Source of the DNA: Macrostomum lignano
Lineage: Eukaryota
Length of the DNA stretch: 64,000 bases
Assembly: GCA_002269645.1 (NCBI GenBank)
Contig: NIVC01000434.1
Span: 310,001-374,000, forward strand
Reading direction: 5' to 3'
In this document: positions 1 to 28,810 of the stretch, in pieces
Layout: each line of letters opens with the position of its first letter
Position numbering within the stretch: position 1 is the first letter of the stretch
Made by a program: the position numbers and the translations under genes
The notes under the pieces: model-generated
What the model was told of the DNA's origin: nothing
What the model saw: only the letters and a program-made list of their open reading frames with translations
The model's database searches: none

Positions 1-439
1 GGTGAGTGAGACCCTGTGACTGCGGCAGCGGTCCCACCAGATCCACGTGGACATAGGCAAAACGCTGTCCGGGGACCCGGATGCCTTCGATGGGTGCGGC
101 GATGGACTTTAGCTGTCTGGCAAGCGACACAGGTCCGGGTCCACTGGGTGACGTCTCGGTTCATTTTCACACAAATTTTTTCGGCCACCAAATGGCGCAT
201 GCTGCGAACCGATGGGTGCGCGAGGCCGTGAATTGCGTCAAAAACAGCGCGGCGAAACTCCGGAGGTACGAATGGGCGCGGTTGACCGGTAGAGGTAACG
301 CACAGTAACACCAGCCCGGGGGCTGATCTCCACTCGCGCCAGCTGAAGGCTGCTGCTTGTGTGAGCCATTGGGACCGCCTGTTGCCCCTCGCCATCTCCT
401 CGAAGTTCACGCCAGGGAGTCACTGCAACCGAACTGCTG

Positions 440-896
440 CCGCCATACACCGAGAAAGTTGACGCTGTCGCTCGTTTTGCACCGCCCGCCACCGTCAAGG
501 GCCTGCAGGAGTTCGCCTGCATGGTAAACTTCTACCATCGCTTTATGCCGCGAGCCGCCCAGCTACTGCGCCCCAATCATGTGGCTACTGCTGGAAAAGG
601 CAAACTGGTCCGTTGGAAACCCGAGCTGACGGCCGCGTTAAACAATGCTAAGCAGGCCCTGGCAGGTGCGGCAATGCTGGGGCACCCACTGCCAAAGGCG
701 CCGATCGGCCTGACCGTGGACGCTTCTGACATCGCGATTGGTGCCGCTCTGGAGCAGCGAGTTGGCAACGGCTGGCAACAGCTGGCTTTCTTCAGTCGCC
801 AGCTCCGTGCTCCGGAGCAGAAATACAGTGCTTTCGACCGCGAGTTGCTAGCCTTGTACCTGGCTGTCCGGCACTTTCGCTACTTTCTAGAAGGTC
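440..896 (+). mobile_element. Gypsy/Ty3 LTR-retrotransposon pol fragment (RT connection + RNase H), truncated
   Basis: Reads PYTEKVDAVARFAPPATVKGLQEFACMVNFYHRF...LTVDASDIAIGAALEQ...LAFFSRQL...KYSAFDRELLALYLAVRHFRYFLEGR, typical Ty3/Gypsy RNase H; breaks off at GGTCGG repeats near 896. Confidence 0.88.
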
Positions 897-1037
897 GGGT
901 CGGAGGTCGGAGGGTCGGATATAAAAAACAATTGATAGAAATATTAAACCAGCTTTAAGATTGCTTTGTGCATCTCTGTGTACATTGAATGATTCTTGCC
1001 ATAGACAAAAGCAACTTTAATGCTGTGGTTATGTATC

Positions 1038-1138
1038 AGATTAAACATGCCTTTTGAGGGAGTTATTTGTATATATCACGAGGGCCTGAGGCCCGAGGGA
1101 TTTATGAAAATAACTCCCGAAAAAGGCATGTGTAATCT
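1038..1138. repeat. Imperfect palindrome with inner hairpin (probable non-autonomous element core)
   Basis: Arms AGATTAAACATGCCTTTTGAGGGAGTTATTT (1038-1068) and AAATAACTCCCGAAAAAGGCATGTGTAATCT (1108-1138) are near reverse complements; inner GGGCCTGAGGCCC at 1082-1094. Confidence 0.7.
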
Positions 1139-3197
1139 CGTATAAACCATAGACATAAAGACTTTACGGGATATTATTGAATATTACCAAATAAAATCCC
1201 GGAGAACGCAAATATTGTCACGGAAAGTCTTTATTTCTATGGATTATAAATGGTTTCATTTATCCACAGTTGGGGCCTCTCACAAGAAAAAATGCACACG
1301 TGTGAGATTTCATACGTTCGAAACCTCGCTAGCAAAACAATTCACGTCGTCGAAATCCTGATATTTTTAGCCATCGCATGTGACGGGCAACACATATCTA
1401 GGTTGTGAATTTTTTACTTTATAAATTTTACTATCCTCGAAGAATTTACATGACTGTTTCTTTCGACGAAAACCTGAACTCAAAAAAGTTAGTTGCTATT
1501 TGAAGCAAGAAATATAGCTCGTAAGATCAGTATCTTGCAAAGCGTGCTTCGACGAGAGCAATCTTCCGTCGATACTACGAGATCCTGAGTAACAATTAAT
1601 GAGGAGACGTTTTCCGACCTACAACGAGGTGAAAAATGGATTTTTTTATTGTGCGTTTAGAGTCGCGATTACTATGAGCTAATAACCCCCACAAATTTAG
1701 GCAATGCAGATTGTACGAGTATACCCAGATGATACTGTCTTCTTGTCGATTGTTTTGCTATTGCTTCACCCAACTTTATATATATGCTGCTATTTTTAGA
1801 AACAAAATTTAACTATTGTTTTGAACAGCATGCGTCACAAAGTACAGTGTGGAGGCAAATCCAAGGATTTGCCGCCGTGACTTAATTTAATATACCAATA
1901 GTGAAGTTACATTTTAGAAATTTTTGTAGCTTACTATGGTGCGTTGCTTTTGCAAAGCTTTGTGGCCTTAATCGGCTTAGAGCTCTACTCACCCAAAGAC
2001 TAAAGATGAGAACTGGTCGAAACGATCTACAGTCCTCTTCTGCAGCTGACTCGGTGTGGATAAAATCGGCAACCCACGAGCATTATCCAAGGCTGTGCGT
2101 CAGTAACTGCTATCGGGAAGAGGTAACGCTGAAAGAGAACTGAATTTCTAAGATTGTTATTAACCATATTAAATCTATCTAAATTAGTTGTTATTTAGTC
2201 ATGGAATTTAATTCAACTCTCAATCAAGTGGTTTACTACAACCATGGAGGAAAGAATAGAATGGATCTATGGAGGGGCGCAGATTGTCATGTCACGAGCC
2301 AATAGGAAGGAACGTGGTGGAAAGAAAGGGATGCTAAAGTAAAGATCGAGCGAGACAAAAATAACTGGCTCAGATTAGCACTCCATTCTATTTTTCCTGT
2401 ATAACTACAAGCCTTAAATAGTTGTCTACGTGGTTTTAAAGAAAACTCATAAAATGAAGTTCTATTTTTAGAGCACTACTTTTAGTAGCAAACTACGTGC
2501 TGTATTTCTGCTTCTACCTGAATTTAAACAATCCGGCAATCAAACGCTTTGGGAATAAAACAAAAAAATTAAATGGTGGCGCCAGTTTAAAATGTGAATT
2601 TCTTAGAACTGAAAGGCACGAATTTAAGTTTAAACTGCTTAGCAATTGCGAAAGCAGAAAATTGAAAAAGCCAGACACATTATTTAAATTTTACGAGCCT
2701 AAAAGTAAGCAACTTACTCATCTCATCTGAGTCTCATCTGATAAGCTAAAACCTTATTTATCAACCGATATTTGCTGTTTTCCTGATCCGATAGTCAAAT
2801 AATGAAGTTTGCATTGCACTGCATGTACCTAATGGTCATGGTAGCTTGCAGTTTCAAGCCCACGTAAGCCTCTAGACAAATTTAATTACTAATTAATTTT
2901 GCATAGGATGTCACAGTCATGGCTAGGATATCACAGTCAGTGCTTAAACTAAGAACCACTAGTCTAGACGTTTTTGACTTAACTAAACATGCGCTAATAA
3001 GGCTAGGTCATCAGTCGTGCTAGTGGTATTATAGTTAATGCTTGGACAGTGACAGGGCACTAAATACAGTGCTGAGCATATGGCTTTTGTAACGATGCAC
3101 GGCTATAGGTTATTTCAAATCTTCAAATCCGACTGACACTTTAATCGTGTTCGCTGTTATGCATTTTTACTTCCACAACTGATTTTCAACCATCCAG

Positions 3198-14250
<11,053 letters not shown>

Positions 14251-15249
14251 AAGAGGAACTACCACTATTCACTGAATCGGAGGTGGCGCAACTTAAAACT
14301 ATTGTTTAATAACTACAGCTGGAATAGTCCGATTCTCTTTACGTTTATTCAGTGTAAAGTTGTTTTTTACTAAATAATAATTATTTGAAGTCTCAAGTCT
14401 GATTGAGGAAAGTTTTGTAACCGCCCAGGGCAGGGGGTTTTGGCCTCGGGATCCCCGATCATTGTGACATGCCACTGCCTCGTTTAGAGTGGGAAATGAC
14501 AATGCTCATAAGGGTGGTGGCATCCTTCATGGTATCTTTCAGCGTCCAGGAAGACCAGCAAAAGCACCTTTCCATGGCCAGACGGGTTCCTTGCCTTAAG
14601 GCCCAAACACTGTCTTACAGGTCTGGACGGGTAGAGTAATCTAGAAATTAGTTTTTTCAGAATTGCCAACTTGACTCGTTAAAATATTCTCTCATCTTGT
14701 CTGTGAGGCATTTTTTTAGAATTTACAATCTATATAAAGCGAAAGTGAAAAAAATCCTAAACTTAACGATATTAAAAATCTTTTTTAACAATTAGTGAGA
14801 TCTTTTTGTTAACTTTTTCACCAGCGTTGCATGTACTTATCCCAGACTTCCGCATTTTGCTTGGGCTGCATGTATCAGGTGCGAAAGCAAAGGGACTCGA
14901 ATAACCTTAAAAAATTTATTTGTTTCCAACGAACTCTAAGATTCTGCACCGCTTCGAATAGCAGGGCTGTACTAAATTTTTGCTGATAGTTGCTGTACAT
15001 TTTACAATGTTAAAACGGCCCTTCTTTAAGTGCTGCATTCTGTGCTTTTGTGAATCAAATCGTGTCAACATGGTGGCAATCAAGCACCAACTGTCTCAGC
15101 AAGTACAAGTCGATTCAGTTTTCTCAGTTGTGCTCGGTTTTCATTCGCAAACTGCTTTGTGCTTTACTTTTCGTAGCTCGTACTTTATTACTTTACTTTA
15201 AAACAACAACAACACAACAAAATACGCGGCACTGCGAGCAAAGATCACA

Positions 15250-16014
15250 GTCCACGTACCGACGGGTTCGGGCCTGACCCCGCCTGAACGGACCCTGCAA
15301 GGTGAGCAGCAGGACGTCCTGAACAGGTTGGGGGCAGTAGCCCTCGGCCCGGATCACGTGGCCCGCCAGTTGAAGTCGCCGCCGACGCAGGATGATGGAT
15401 GGGCGCTGCAGCTTGGCCCGATCGTACAGGCCTCGGTCCCGACGCTCTCGTCAGCTCGAAAGGCCGCACGGAGCAGCCCTGAGTGCGCCGAGTCCAGCTG
15501 CCGCTCTAGCGTAGCCGTCAGCGTCCACGTCTCGGCGTTGTAGAGCAGGACGGTTTCGACCACCGCCTGCCAAGTCCGCCCAGGCTGCCCAGGCAAAGGC
15601 CGCCCAGGCAAGTCATCTGCGCCGTCGGAGGTCCTCTTCCACGTGGGGCACCAGACCGCCGAGGTAGGTGAACCGCTGGCAGCGTGCGAGCCAGGTCGTC
15701 TGCCCATCTGCGCCGCGGCACGTCAAGTCCGCTGGGATGTCGGCCGGCACAGTCAGCACCTCGGTCTTCAGCGTGTTGACGATCAGACAAACGCTCGATG
15801 CCACCTCGACCAGCCTGTCGATCTGGCGCTGGGCGCCTTCAACGGACGAGGACAGGAGGGCGAGGTCGTCGGCGTAGCCAAGCACGCTTAGGCGCTTTTC
15901 GCCGTGGCGGCGACCGATGCGTCTGCGCAGCAGGAAGCCGTCATTAGCCGAGGGAGTGCGGTCCGAAGCACCCAGTCCAGCAGCAGCACGAAGAGGAACG
16001 GCGCTAGCGTGTCG
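15250..16014 (-). mobile_element. RTE-clade LINE reverse-transcriptase fragment, frameshifted, truncated at both ends
   Basis: TLAPFLFVLLLDW...LGYADDLALLS...FTYLG...AVVETVLLYNAETWTLT...LDSAHSGLLR...RLQLAGHV motifs. Confidence 0.9.
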
Positions 16015-16105
16015 TAAAGTAACTTTACTTTATTACTTTATCCCCCAGATACATCGTTCATATGCTACACCAAGTGACTTTGAAAATGAACTAAATGAGT
16101 GCTCG

Positions 16106-16957
16106 AATATAGCTTTTGGCAGCCTATTTGGGCCTACGCGCATTGAATTTAATCGAAGATACGTTTGCCAATGTAACGGAGCTTTTGTCTATGGTAGCAA
16201 GGCTGGCACCGCGGCATTTAATTTAATCCAAGATACGTTTGCCAATGTAACGGAGCTTTTGTCTATGGTAGCAAGGCTGGCATAGCAGCATTGGATTTGG
16301 TCCAAAAAGCATCAATTTGATCCAAACGCTCGTGAGCCATTCGGCAAACTCCTGCCCTCTCGCAACCGCCTGCGGGTTGTTGCGTACCGCTAGAATGTCA
16401 GCGTCTCTACCGACAATTTTCAGTCGCTTTTCCAGAGCTCTGCTGATAGCCGAACTCTGATAACCAACTGGAACTGTTCCCTCAACTTCTTTCCTTCAAC
16501 TTCTGCTGCATTTTCTGCACCGTCAACAAAGGGTTCGTATCAATTGCATCGAGTAGAAGTTGGACCTGAAGCTCTCGAGCAACTTGCCTTGGCGATTGCC
16601 ACCCTTTCGCAGGCGATCTCTGCCGCCAGTGGTTTCAACGCGCTGATGGATGCTGTAAACCATCTTTTATTTTACATTCAGCAGCCTTTGGGTGTTCTCC
16701 TCTGTCGAGTGCTTCGATCACAAGCCTAATGGCATTTATTCGACAGCCTAGCATATGGTCCACAATTGTGGGGCTGATCTTGCTCCTCCACAGCAGTTGC
16801 AAATGAAGAAATGGACCAAATTGAATGCTTGTTGGACCAAATTAAATGCCGCTGTGCCAGCCTTGCTACCATAGACAAAAGCTCCGTTACACTGGCAAAC
16901 ATATCTTGGATTTAATTAAATGCCCGCAAGCCCAAATGGGCTGCAAAAAGCTATATT
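16106..16957 (-). mobile_element. IS630-Tc1-mariner-like deletion derivative with ~150-200 bp TIRs and a remnant transposase HTH region
   Basis: Inverted arms ~16106-16310 and ~16810-16957. Interior translates with frameshifts as MVYSIHQRVETTGG...KGGNRQGKL / LLDAIDTNPLLTVQKMQQKL / SSAISRALE...RNNPQAVARGQEFAEWL. Confidence 0.6.
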
Positions 16958-16987
16958 TAAATTAGTTAGATTTGTTGCCCTTGGTTT

Positions 16988-17633
16988 GGACCATAGACTA
17001 CTGAGAAATGTATCTGGGTTTCACCACTGATTATTAAGTTGCTTGCTCGTAGTATTGGTTTTTGCGAGCTATCTCAGCCAAGGAGCAAGCAAACTCATCC
17101 ATGTCATAGATTTCAATACGACGAAGGAGGTGGTTTGAACCATAGACTATCACGTTTTTTCAACCAAACTCATCCAACGGGCGAGCAATCTCAGCCATAG
17201 CTTGTTTATTAAGCGAAAAATTTAATTGGTTCGTATATAAGAGACTTTATGATAGAGCAGCACATCAGAACACAGGAAATTGACTAACGGAACAAACAAA
17301 TGACTCACTAAATAAGCACTGGTTGCATCTGATGCACGGTGTCAATTTGTCAGCTGGATGTTTGTCGCAACTGAGCCATCGGAGGAGGAGGAAAGAAAGA
17401 AGGGAAGAGGAAATGAATGGGCAGACAAGCTATGGCTGAGATTGCTCGCCCGTTGGATGAGTTTGGTTGAAAAAACGTGATAGTCTATGGTTCAAACCAC
17501 CTCCTTCGTCGTATTGAAATCTATGGGATGGATGAGTTTGCTTGCTCCTTGGCTGAGATAGCTCGCAAAAACCAATATCAGATGACATGCAAAAAGCTGT
17601 ATATTAACCCCGTTTATCTTCTGTCTATGGTCC
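16988..17633. mobile_element. MITE-like long inverted repeat
   Basis: Outer GGACCATAGAC...GTCTATGGTCC; near-perfect 153-bp inner arms 17053-17205 / 17425-17577; no TSD seen. Confidence 0.7.
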
Positions 17634-17811
17634 AGAGCCAAGGATTCGAATTTTCTTCTGGTCTTTGCCTGGGCCATGAGACAAATCCGTAGCTTCAAGT
17701 CCATTGTTTAGCAATTTAACGATCATTATTTACATTTTTAGTGCAGAACAATCCATTACTACAAACAATGCATTGTCTGTAGGATTGTCAAACAGAAAAA
17801 CAATGCAAAGA

Positions 17812-17904
17812 ATCAGCGGTCGCAGCACGTGACAACGATTTGTCTATGGCTAGCGCCTACCGTCGCTCGCCAGACAATCGTTGTCACGCACTGGGACCGC
17901 TGAT
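17812..17904. repeat. Short imperfect hairpin
   Basis: ATCAGCGGTC...GTGACAACGATT pairs with AATCGTTGTCAC...GACCGCTGAT. Confidence 0.7.
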
Positions 17905-19074
17905 TTATCCATTATGATTTTATTATTCGTACGCTCGTAAGACGCTATTTTAGAACTTATCTCATTGTTACGTCTTAACTAATGGCTTTAGCATATAGGC
18001 TATATTTTAGTTCCATGTTGCTATAATGTGCGGCGAGAGTAAAAAGAAGCTCGGAAGTCTTAAATGGTATAGAGACGAGGGGAGAGAGAAGCACTGTGGC
18101 AAAAGTCGAAGATAGAAGTAATACAGCGCTATTCCTGAGCGGTAGGTCAGAGCACAGAGCTTGAGAAGAATAGCTAGCCAAGCCTTTATCTCTCACTAAG
18201 TCTGCACCGGCAGCCAATCAGAAATATCTCAGCTGGAGCAGACGCTCCCTCCAACTTAATATATTTGCTTGTCTCGTACTGCACGGACATTTTCAACCGA
18301 TCAGTTAAGCTCTAACTGAAGCTTGAATTGAAACGCGTGTGGTTGGCTTAGCTATTGTTGGAATTGAAGCAAATAAACTGAAAACATTTATCATGAAAGC
18401 CTCATTTTGTAAAATTGTTTTAATCGCATGGATGATGCTTCCATTAATCTGCGAATCGTAAGTCTCTCGGTGTTTTGTGTGTTTTTTTGTACTTTTAAAA
18501 CACATTGCACATAATTTGTTACTTACCTAGATATTAAACGCTTTCTTTTTAAATATAGCTCAAGTTTCTACTTAGTCATACTTGAACTTGTCTAATATTT
18601 TCCTTAATTACAGCATCAAATAAACGGTCATTATAATTGTGCTAAGTTTGCTAGGATTTTATATATGGTGTTTTGTGGCGGTCAACCAAACACATACGTA
18701 AATATTAATATACTGGAAGATTAATTTATCTATAGCGTATAACAGTAAAACTTCCAGTTAGGGGGGGGGACTGATAATGTTTTGTTGCGCCAGAAACAGA
18801 GCAACGAAATTCAAGAACACCGGCAACTTTTTTGTTGCGCACCTTCTCAGACAAGAACCAAGTCGCCAACCTTCTGAGTGTTGAGATATCCAACGATACA
18901 CCCCTGTGCGCCAATCAGCACTGCGCCTCAGTGCAGCCTTGCCAAGCCTCCAAATTTCACCAGCACGTCGACCACATGTGTCTGCATCAGCTCTGACTTC
19001 GTTGGTCACACTCTTTCACCCAGGCGGAACTTCTGGAACTTCAACAGTTGGCACCAGGTGACCATAGACTTGAC

Positions 19075-19720
19075 TCAGCTGCAGGGAGTTCCGGGCATCC
19101 GGATGCAGCGAGAAGGAGTTGCCGCCCCATTCCTCTCTAACCCCTGGCGATCACGGGCAGCTAGTGCTGCGGTGTCGCGCAGGGAGATCCGGTGGTGCCG
19201 GTGTCCGCAGCGCGGTCCCCCTCCGGAAAGTCCAGTAGATGTATGGTCGCTCGCCCGGTAGCCCTTAGGTAGCGGACGAGCTGGCAGAGATTCTCGGGCT
19301 TGAAAACGTCGGAGAGGTCCGGGTTTGGGCCGAGGAAGGTGAGCCTGTCCTGAGTAAAGGCGGGGCATTCACAGATAAAGTGCTCCGCATTCTCGACACC
19401 GGAGAGGCAGTATGGGCATTCCTCACTGTGGATTTAACCCTGGAGGTGACAATACCTGGCAAAACAGCCATTCCCCGAGAGGGCCATGGTCACCACCCTG
19501 ATGTCCCTGCGGTTGAGTTCAAGCAGGGCTATGGGCAGGGCGGAGGAAGGACAGGGGACAGCCGTGCGGGATCGCCGGCAGTCGGGGGCGTTAGCCCACC
19601 TTTCCCTGTGCAGGTGACTATAGACATCCTGATGCGAATTTCTCGAGTTTCGCTGATCCAGCTTCAACTTCTGGGCATCATCAACTAGTCCCTCAAGCAT
19701 TCCGTCATCATTCCGTCACA
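19075..19720 (-). mobile_element. 3' part of an I/LOA/R1-group LINE ORF2 with C-terminal CCHC zinc knuckle, one internal stop
   Basis: [55 protein letters not shown] matches the CX2CX7HX4C knuckle following the RNase H region of I-group LINEs. Confidence 0.8.
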
Positions 19721-19963
19721 CATTCCTGCAGAATTGTTGAATTGTTCCAGCATGATGGCGACTTGATTTGTTTTTGAGAAGCTGGCCAACAAACAAGTTA
19801 GCCCCGTGTTCTGGAATTTCGTGAGCCTGAGTTGCTCCATTCTTGGTAGTTCTACTGTCAAGTGTCAACAGATACATGCAGATGTTCAGAAAAAAGAGAT
19901 TAAGTTGATCGTATTAAGGTTCTCGGTAACTACTTCCACATTTCGTTTCCTCCAACCCCAAAG

Positions 19964-25421
<5,458 letters not shown>

Positions 25422-25470
25422 TCATGACCATGACAGTAGAAGTCATTTAATAATCGTTTCTTGTTAACTA

Positions 25471-25720
25471 GGGAGTTGTAGCCAAGTGGTCAGAGCTTCG
25501 GACTCACGACTTGAAGGTCGGGGGTTCGATTCTCGACTCACCCGGAACAATTTGTGTCTTTGAGCAAGACATACTTAACTCTGCATTGCTTCAATTCACC
25601 CAGCTGTAAAACGGGGTGCCAGGGGTAATTGAGGGTGTGTGGCGATCCCCCAGTTCTTGGACTGAACAGCCTTCAGATGCGCCGCGGCTGAGCTGTCGGT
25701 TGCACTTCTGGCCCAATTGG
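25471..25720 (+). mobile_element. tRNA-derived SINE with a conserved-type central domain
   Basis: A box TAGCCAAGTGG, B box GGTTCGATTCT, then TGTGTCTTTGAGCAAGACATACTTAACTC...CACCCAGCTGTAAAACGGG, resembling CORE/V/Meta-type SINE central domains. Confidence 0.75.
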
Positions 25721-26774
25721 GGCAGGTGTAATCAATTATTATCAGTGTTAAAGACTAGATAGATACCGACAAACCATTTTAGTATACGAACTAACTTTTA
25801 CGAACCTATTTTTGGATTATCACTATTATTAGCTCGTATTATTAGTATTATTACTACTAGCGTTACTAATATTATTATCATTATTCTTATTATTTCTATT
25901 ATTAATATTAAACAGTTTACAGTGGAAGTTGGCATTACAGCTAAAATAATGAATAGCGAAATACTGTGAAACTGTCAGCATGGACGATTAGCGAAATCAA
26001 TCAGAACACACAAAGCTGGTTTTGAACTTTGAACTCTGCAAAGCTAAGACAATATTTTACTAGAACTTCAAATGGTATGTCCTAGAAATTCTCAATCTTG
26101 AATTGAAGCGCACTTTAGCAAAACTATAAACTGGTGTGCAAAACAATGAGGACTGCGAGACCTTGGTTGTGCGCATTTAATAATAACAATAAAAACGTGT
26201 ACATGTAATTCACAAAATTGCGCATGCCAATAGCATACCGCTAATAATTGATTCCTGTTCTTTCATACTGGTGTGTAAAATCAATTCTTCTTAAAGGAAT
26301 TCTAGTGTTAAATTAGCAAGTTTTTGAATCAAATCAATATTATTTTTCCTGAATCGTTACTTTTGTACCCCATAAGCATATCTTTTTGTATTTTAATTGA
26401 TTGTTTATATTTATTTATAACTGTGACTCACAATTCACAAATTTAAACAACTTGTAATAACTGGGAAAATATGTCTCTTAATTGTTATCGTAATAAGCCC
26501 TTTTTGTTGATCTCAAGGCACTTTTGCCGAAAAATGACTTCACCAAAATAGACAAATTTCGGTATGAGTATGCGAAAAATGATGACTGGCATTGCGAATG
26601 AGCTCAATAGTGAAGAAACCAATCAGGGCGTGCAGTTAATATAGTGGATTGTTGTTGTTACATTCACCAAGTTATAATATTGTTGCGTACTTAAGTACAC
26701 TTGAACTTTTAGTTTACAGTACTTAAACCATTGTTTAATACGTGGAAATCTTCCACAACGGATGAGTTCTCTTA

Positions 26775-27610
26775 TTAGATTCGCTTGAATCTTCCGAGGA
26801 TTTTGTGGCAATTCGGGCACCTGTGCAACACATCTTTGCAGCCGTCGATGCAGAACGGGATCAGGCAGCAGCCGAGAAATCCTCCCAGAAGACAGATGGA
26901 GCCGCACAGCAGCCAGGTAAGAATGCCGCTCTCATAGCCGAGCTGAGTCACCACAGCTTGCTGGCAGAACTGGCAGGTCACCGCTTGTGGCAGCGCCTGC
27001 AGCAGCACTGGGCGCGGGCCGGGAGTGCCGTAATTGGCCGCAAATCCGGGCGGCGCTGCGTGATAATTTTCCGGGTTTATTCGCTTAAAGTTAACTTTTT
27101 AAAACAGATTGTTGCTAAACTGATTGATAAATTTATCTGCGATTAAAATAGTCCCATTTAAACTTAGTTCGTATATGAGAGGTAATCCTTTTTGGATTGA
27201 AACTACGAGAGTAAATTACCGTGTCGTGATAATAACACCGGAATTTTTCGCTAATAACCTAGAAGCTAAGAATTCCGGCATGTACTTATGACAGGTTCAA
27301 GGAGACGTAGGTTTTTGAAGTTTTGACAGCTTTTTTGTACATGTAATTCTAAAAAGTGAAAGTTAAACTCACGCTGATTTGGATAGGGAGCCGGAGGCGG
27401 ATACTGCGGTTGGTACTGCTGCTGGTGTGGGTATTGCTGCGGGTATTGCTGTGGGTATTGCTGCTGCGGTTGCTGCTGCTGCGGCAGGTATTGCTGCGGT
27501 GGGTATTTAGGCTCGCCAGTGAGTTGGCCGGTTCCGCTGGCACCCTCGGCATTGCCGGAGTATGGTGGCGGAGCTTCGTTGGGTGGATAAATTGGCTCCT
27601 TCTCGCTCAT
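26775..27610 (-). CDS. LITAF-domain (LPS-induced TNF-alpha factor-like) protein; exons 27610-27373 and 27055-26775
   Basis: ATG, PPPY motif and P/Q/Y-rich N-terminus; phase-1 intron GTGAGT...CACGCAG; C-terminal CQFC...hydrophobic GCCLIPFCID...HRCPNC is the LITAF zinc domain. Confidence 0.92.
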
Positions 27611-28179
27611 GCCTGCAGGCTGTCACCTTGGAAACGAGGGAAAATTTGAAATGGTTTTAATAGCTTAAAACCTGGTTTCAACTGAAAGTTAGAACGTCCA
27701 CCCGTGCATGTGTGTCAAATACTCGTATTTATAAATAAATTTCCACTGTACTATGGTCAAATCTTATCAGAAAGATTTTTCTGTACATTGGAATTCAGCT
27801 TCAAGTGCAAGTGGAATCTTGGCAAAATTCTGTAGCTCCGCGCATATCGATGCGTCATCGGTGTGCAATACAGATTTAATAGTGATTAATTCACTGCCTT
27901 ACTGTTGTCTGAGTCACGTGAGTGTTTAAAGTTTAGCCTGATTATAGAAAGTTTCTAAAAGAGAGTTATATGTACATGCACCACCCAATTTTGACGTTGA
28001 CGCGAGCGCGGAATTAACTTGTACTGCATATGGGTGACGCGCCCCCCTCTACAAGCACCTGGTACAGCTGGATTTATTAGAATTTTTTATTTACGAGTAA
28101 CTTGTATGTATATCAAATTAATCTGTTTTCAAGCTACTTTCTTCATGAGAACCAATCTACTGCTTGATGATAATCAATG

Positions 28180-28810
28180 AACAGCTTCAGGGTCTTCAAA
28201 CTAGAGCTTTAGATTCTTCATCCTCTAGAGCTTCAGGATCCTCCATCTAGAGCTTCAGGGCTCAATAAAGAGTGCTTCAGGGCTCAATCTACAGCTTTAT
28301 GATAATCAATGACAGCTTAAGGGTCCTCAATCTAGAGCTTCAGGATCCTCCCTCTAGAGCTCAAGAATCCTCCCTCCATCTAGAGCTTCAGTGCTCAATC
28401 TTACAGCTTCAGGGTCCTCCGTCTAGAGCTTCAGTTCTGAATCTAGAGCTTTAGTGTCATAAATTTAGGGCATCAGGATCCTCCATCTATAGCTTCAAGA
28501 TCCTCCATCTCTAGAGCTTCAGGATCCTCTAGAGATTCAGCTGGGGCTCAATCAAGAGCTTCAGGGTCCTTAATCTAAAGCTTCAGGATCCTCAAGGATC
28601 TAGAGCTTCAGGGTCCTTAATCTAAAGCTTCAGGATCCTCAAGGATCTAGAGCTTCAGGGTCCTTAATCTAAAGCTTCAGGATCCTCAAGGATCTAGAGC
28701 TTCAGGGTCCTTAAACTAAAGCTTCAGGATCCTCAAGGATCTAGAGCTTCAGGGCCCTTAAACTAAAGCTTCAGGATCCTCAAGGATCTAGAGCTTCAGG
28801 GGGTCCTCAA
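28180..28810. repeat. Minisatellite, ~23-bp subunits forming a 47-bp higher-order unit
   Basis: CTAGAGCTTCAGGGTCCTTAATCTAAAGCTTCAGGATCCTCAAGGAT repeated at 28600-28800; degenerate upstream. Confidence 0.85.

Noticed and set aside
1-310. Integrase zinc-finger-like remnant (FFGHQMAHAANRWVREAVNC)
   Set aside because: Too degenerate, and in the wrong order relative to the downstream RT/RNase H.
1901-2143. Candidate upstream exon of gene 1 (donor GAG|GTAACG)
   Set aside because: The open frame ends in phase 0 whereas exon 3198 needs phase 2; the phase-2 frame contains a stop.
14416-14619. Possible solo LTR (TGTAA...TTACA)
   Set aside because: Terminal inverted bases are present but there is no target-site duplication or second copy in the window.
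18758-19009. 83-aa minus-strand ORF
   Set aside because: No recognisable motif or convincing splice context; adjacent to the LINE 3' end.
25471-25545. tRNA gene
   Set aside because: A and B boxes are present but the acceptor stem is poor and the sequence continues into a SINE body.
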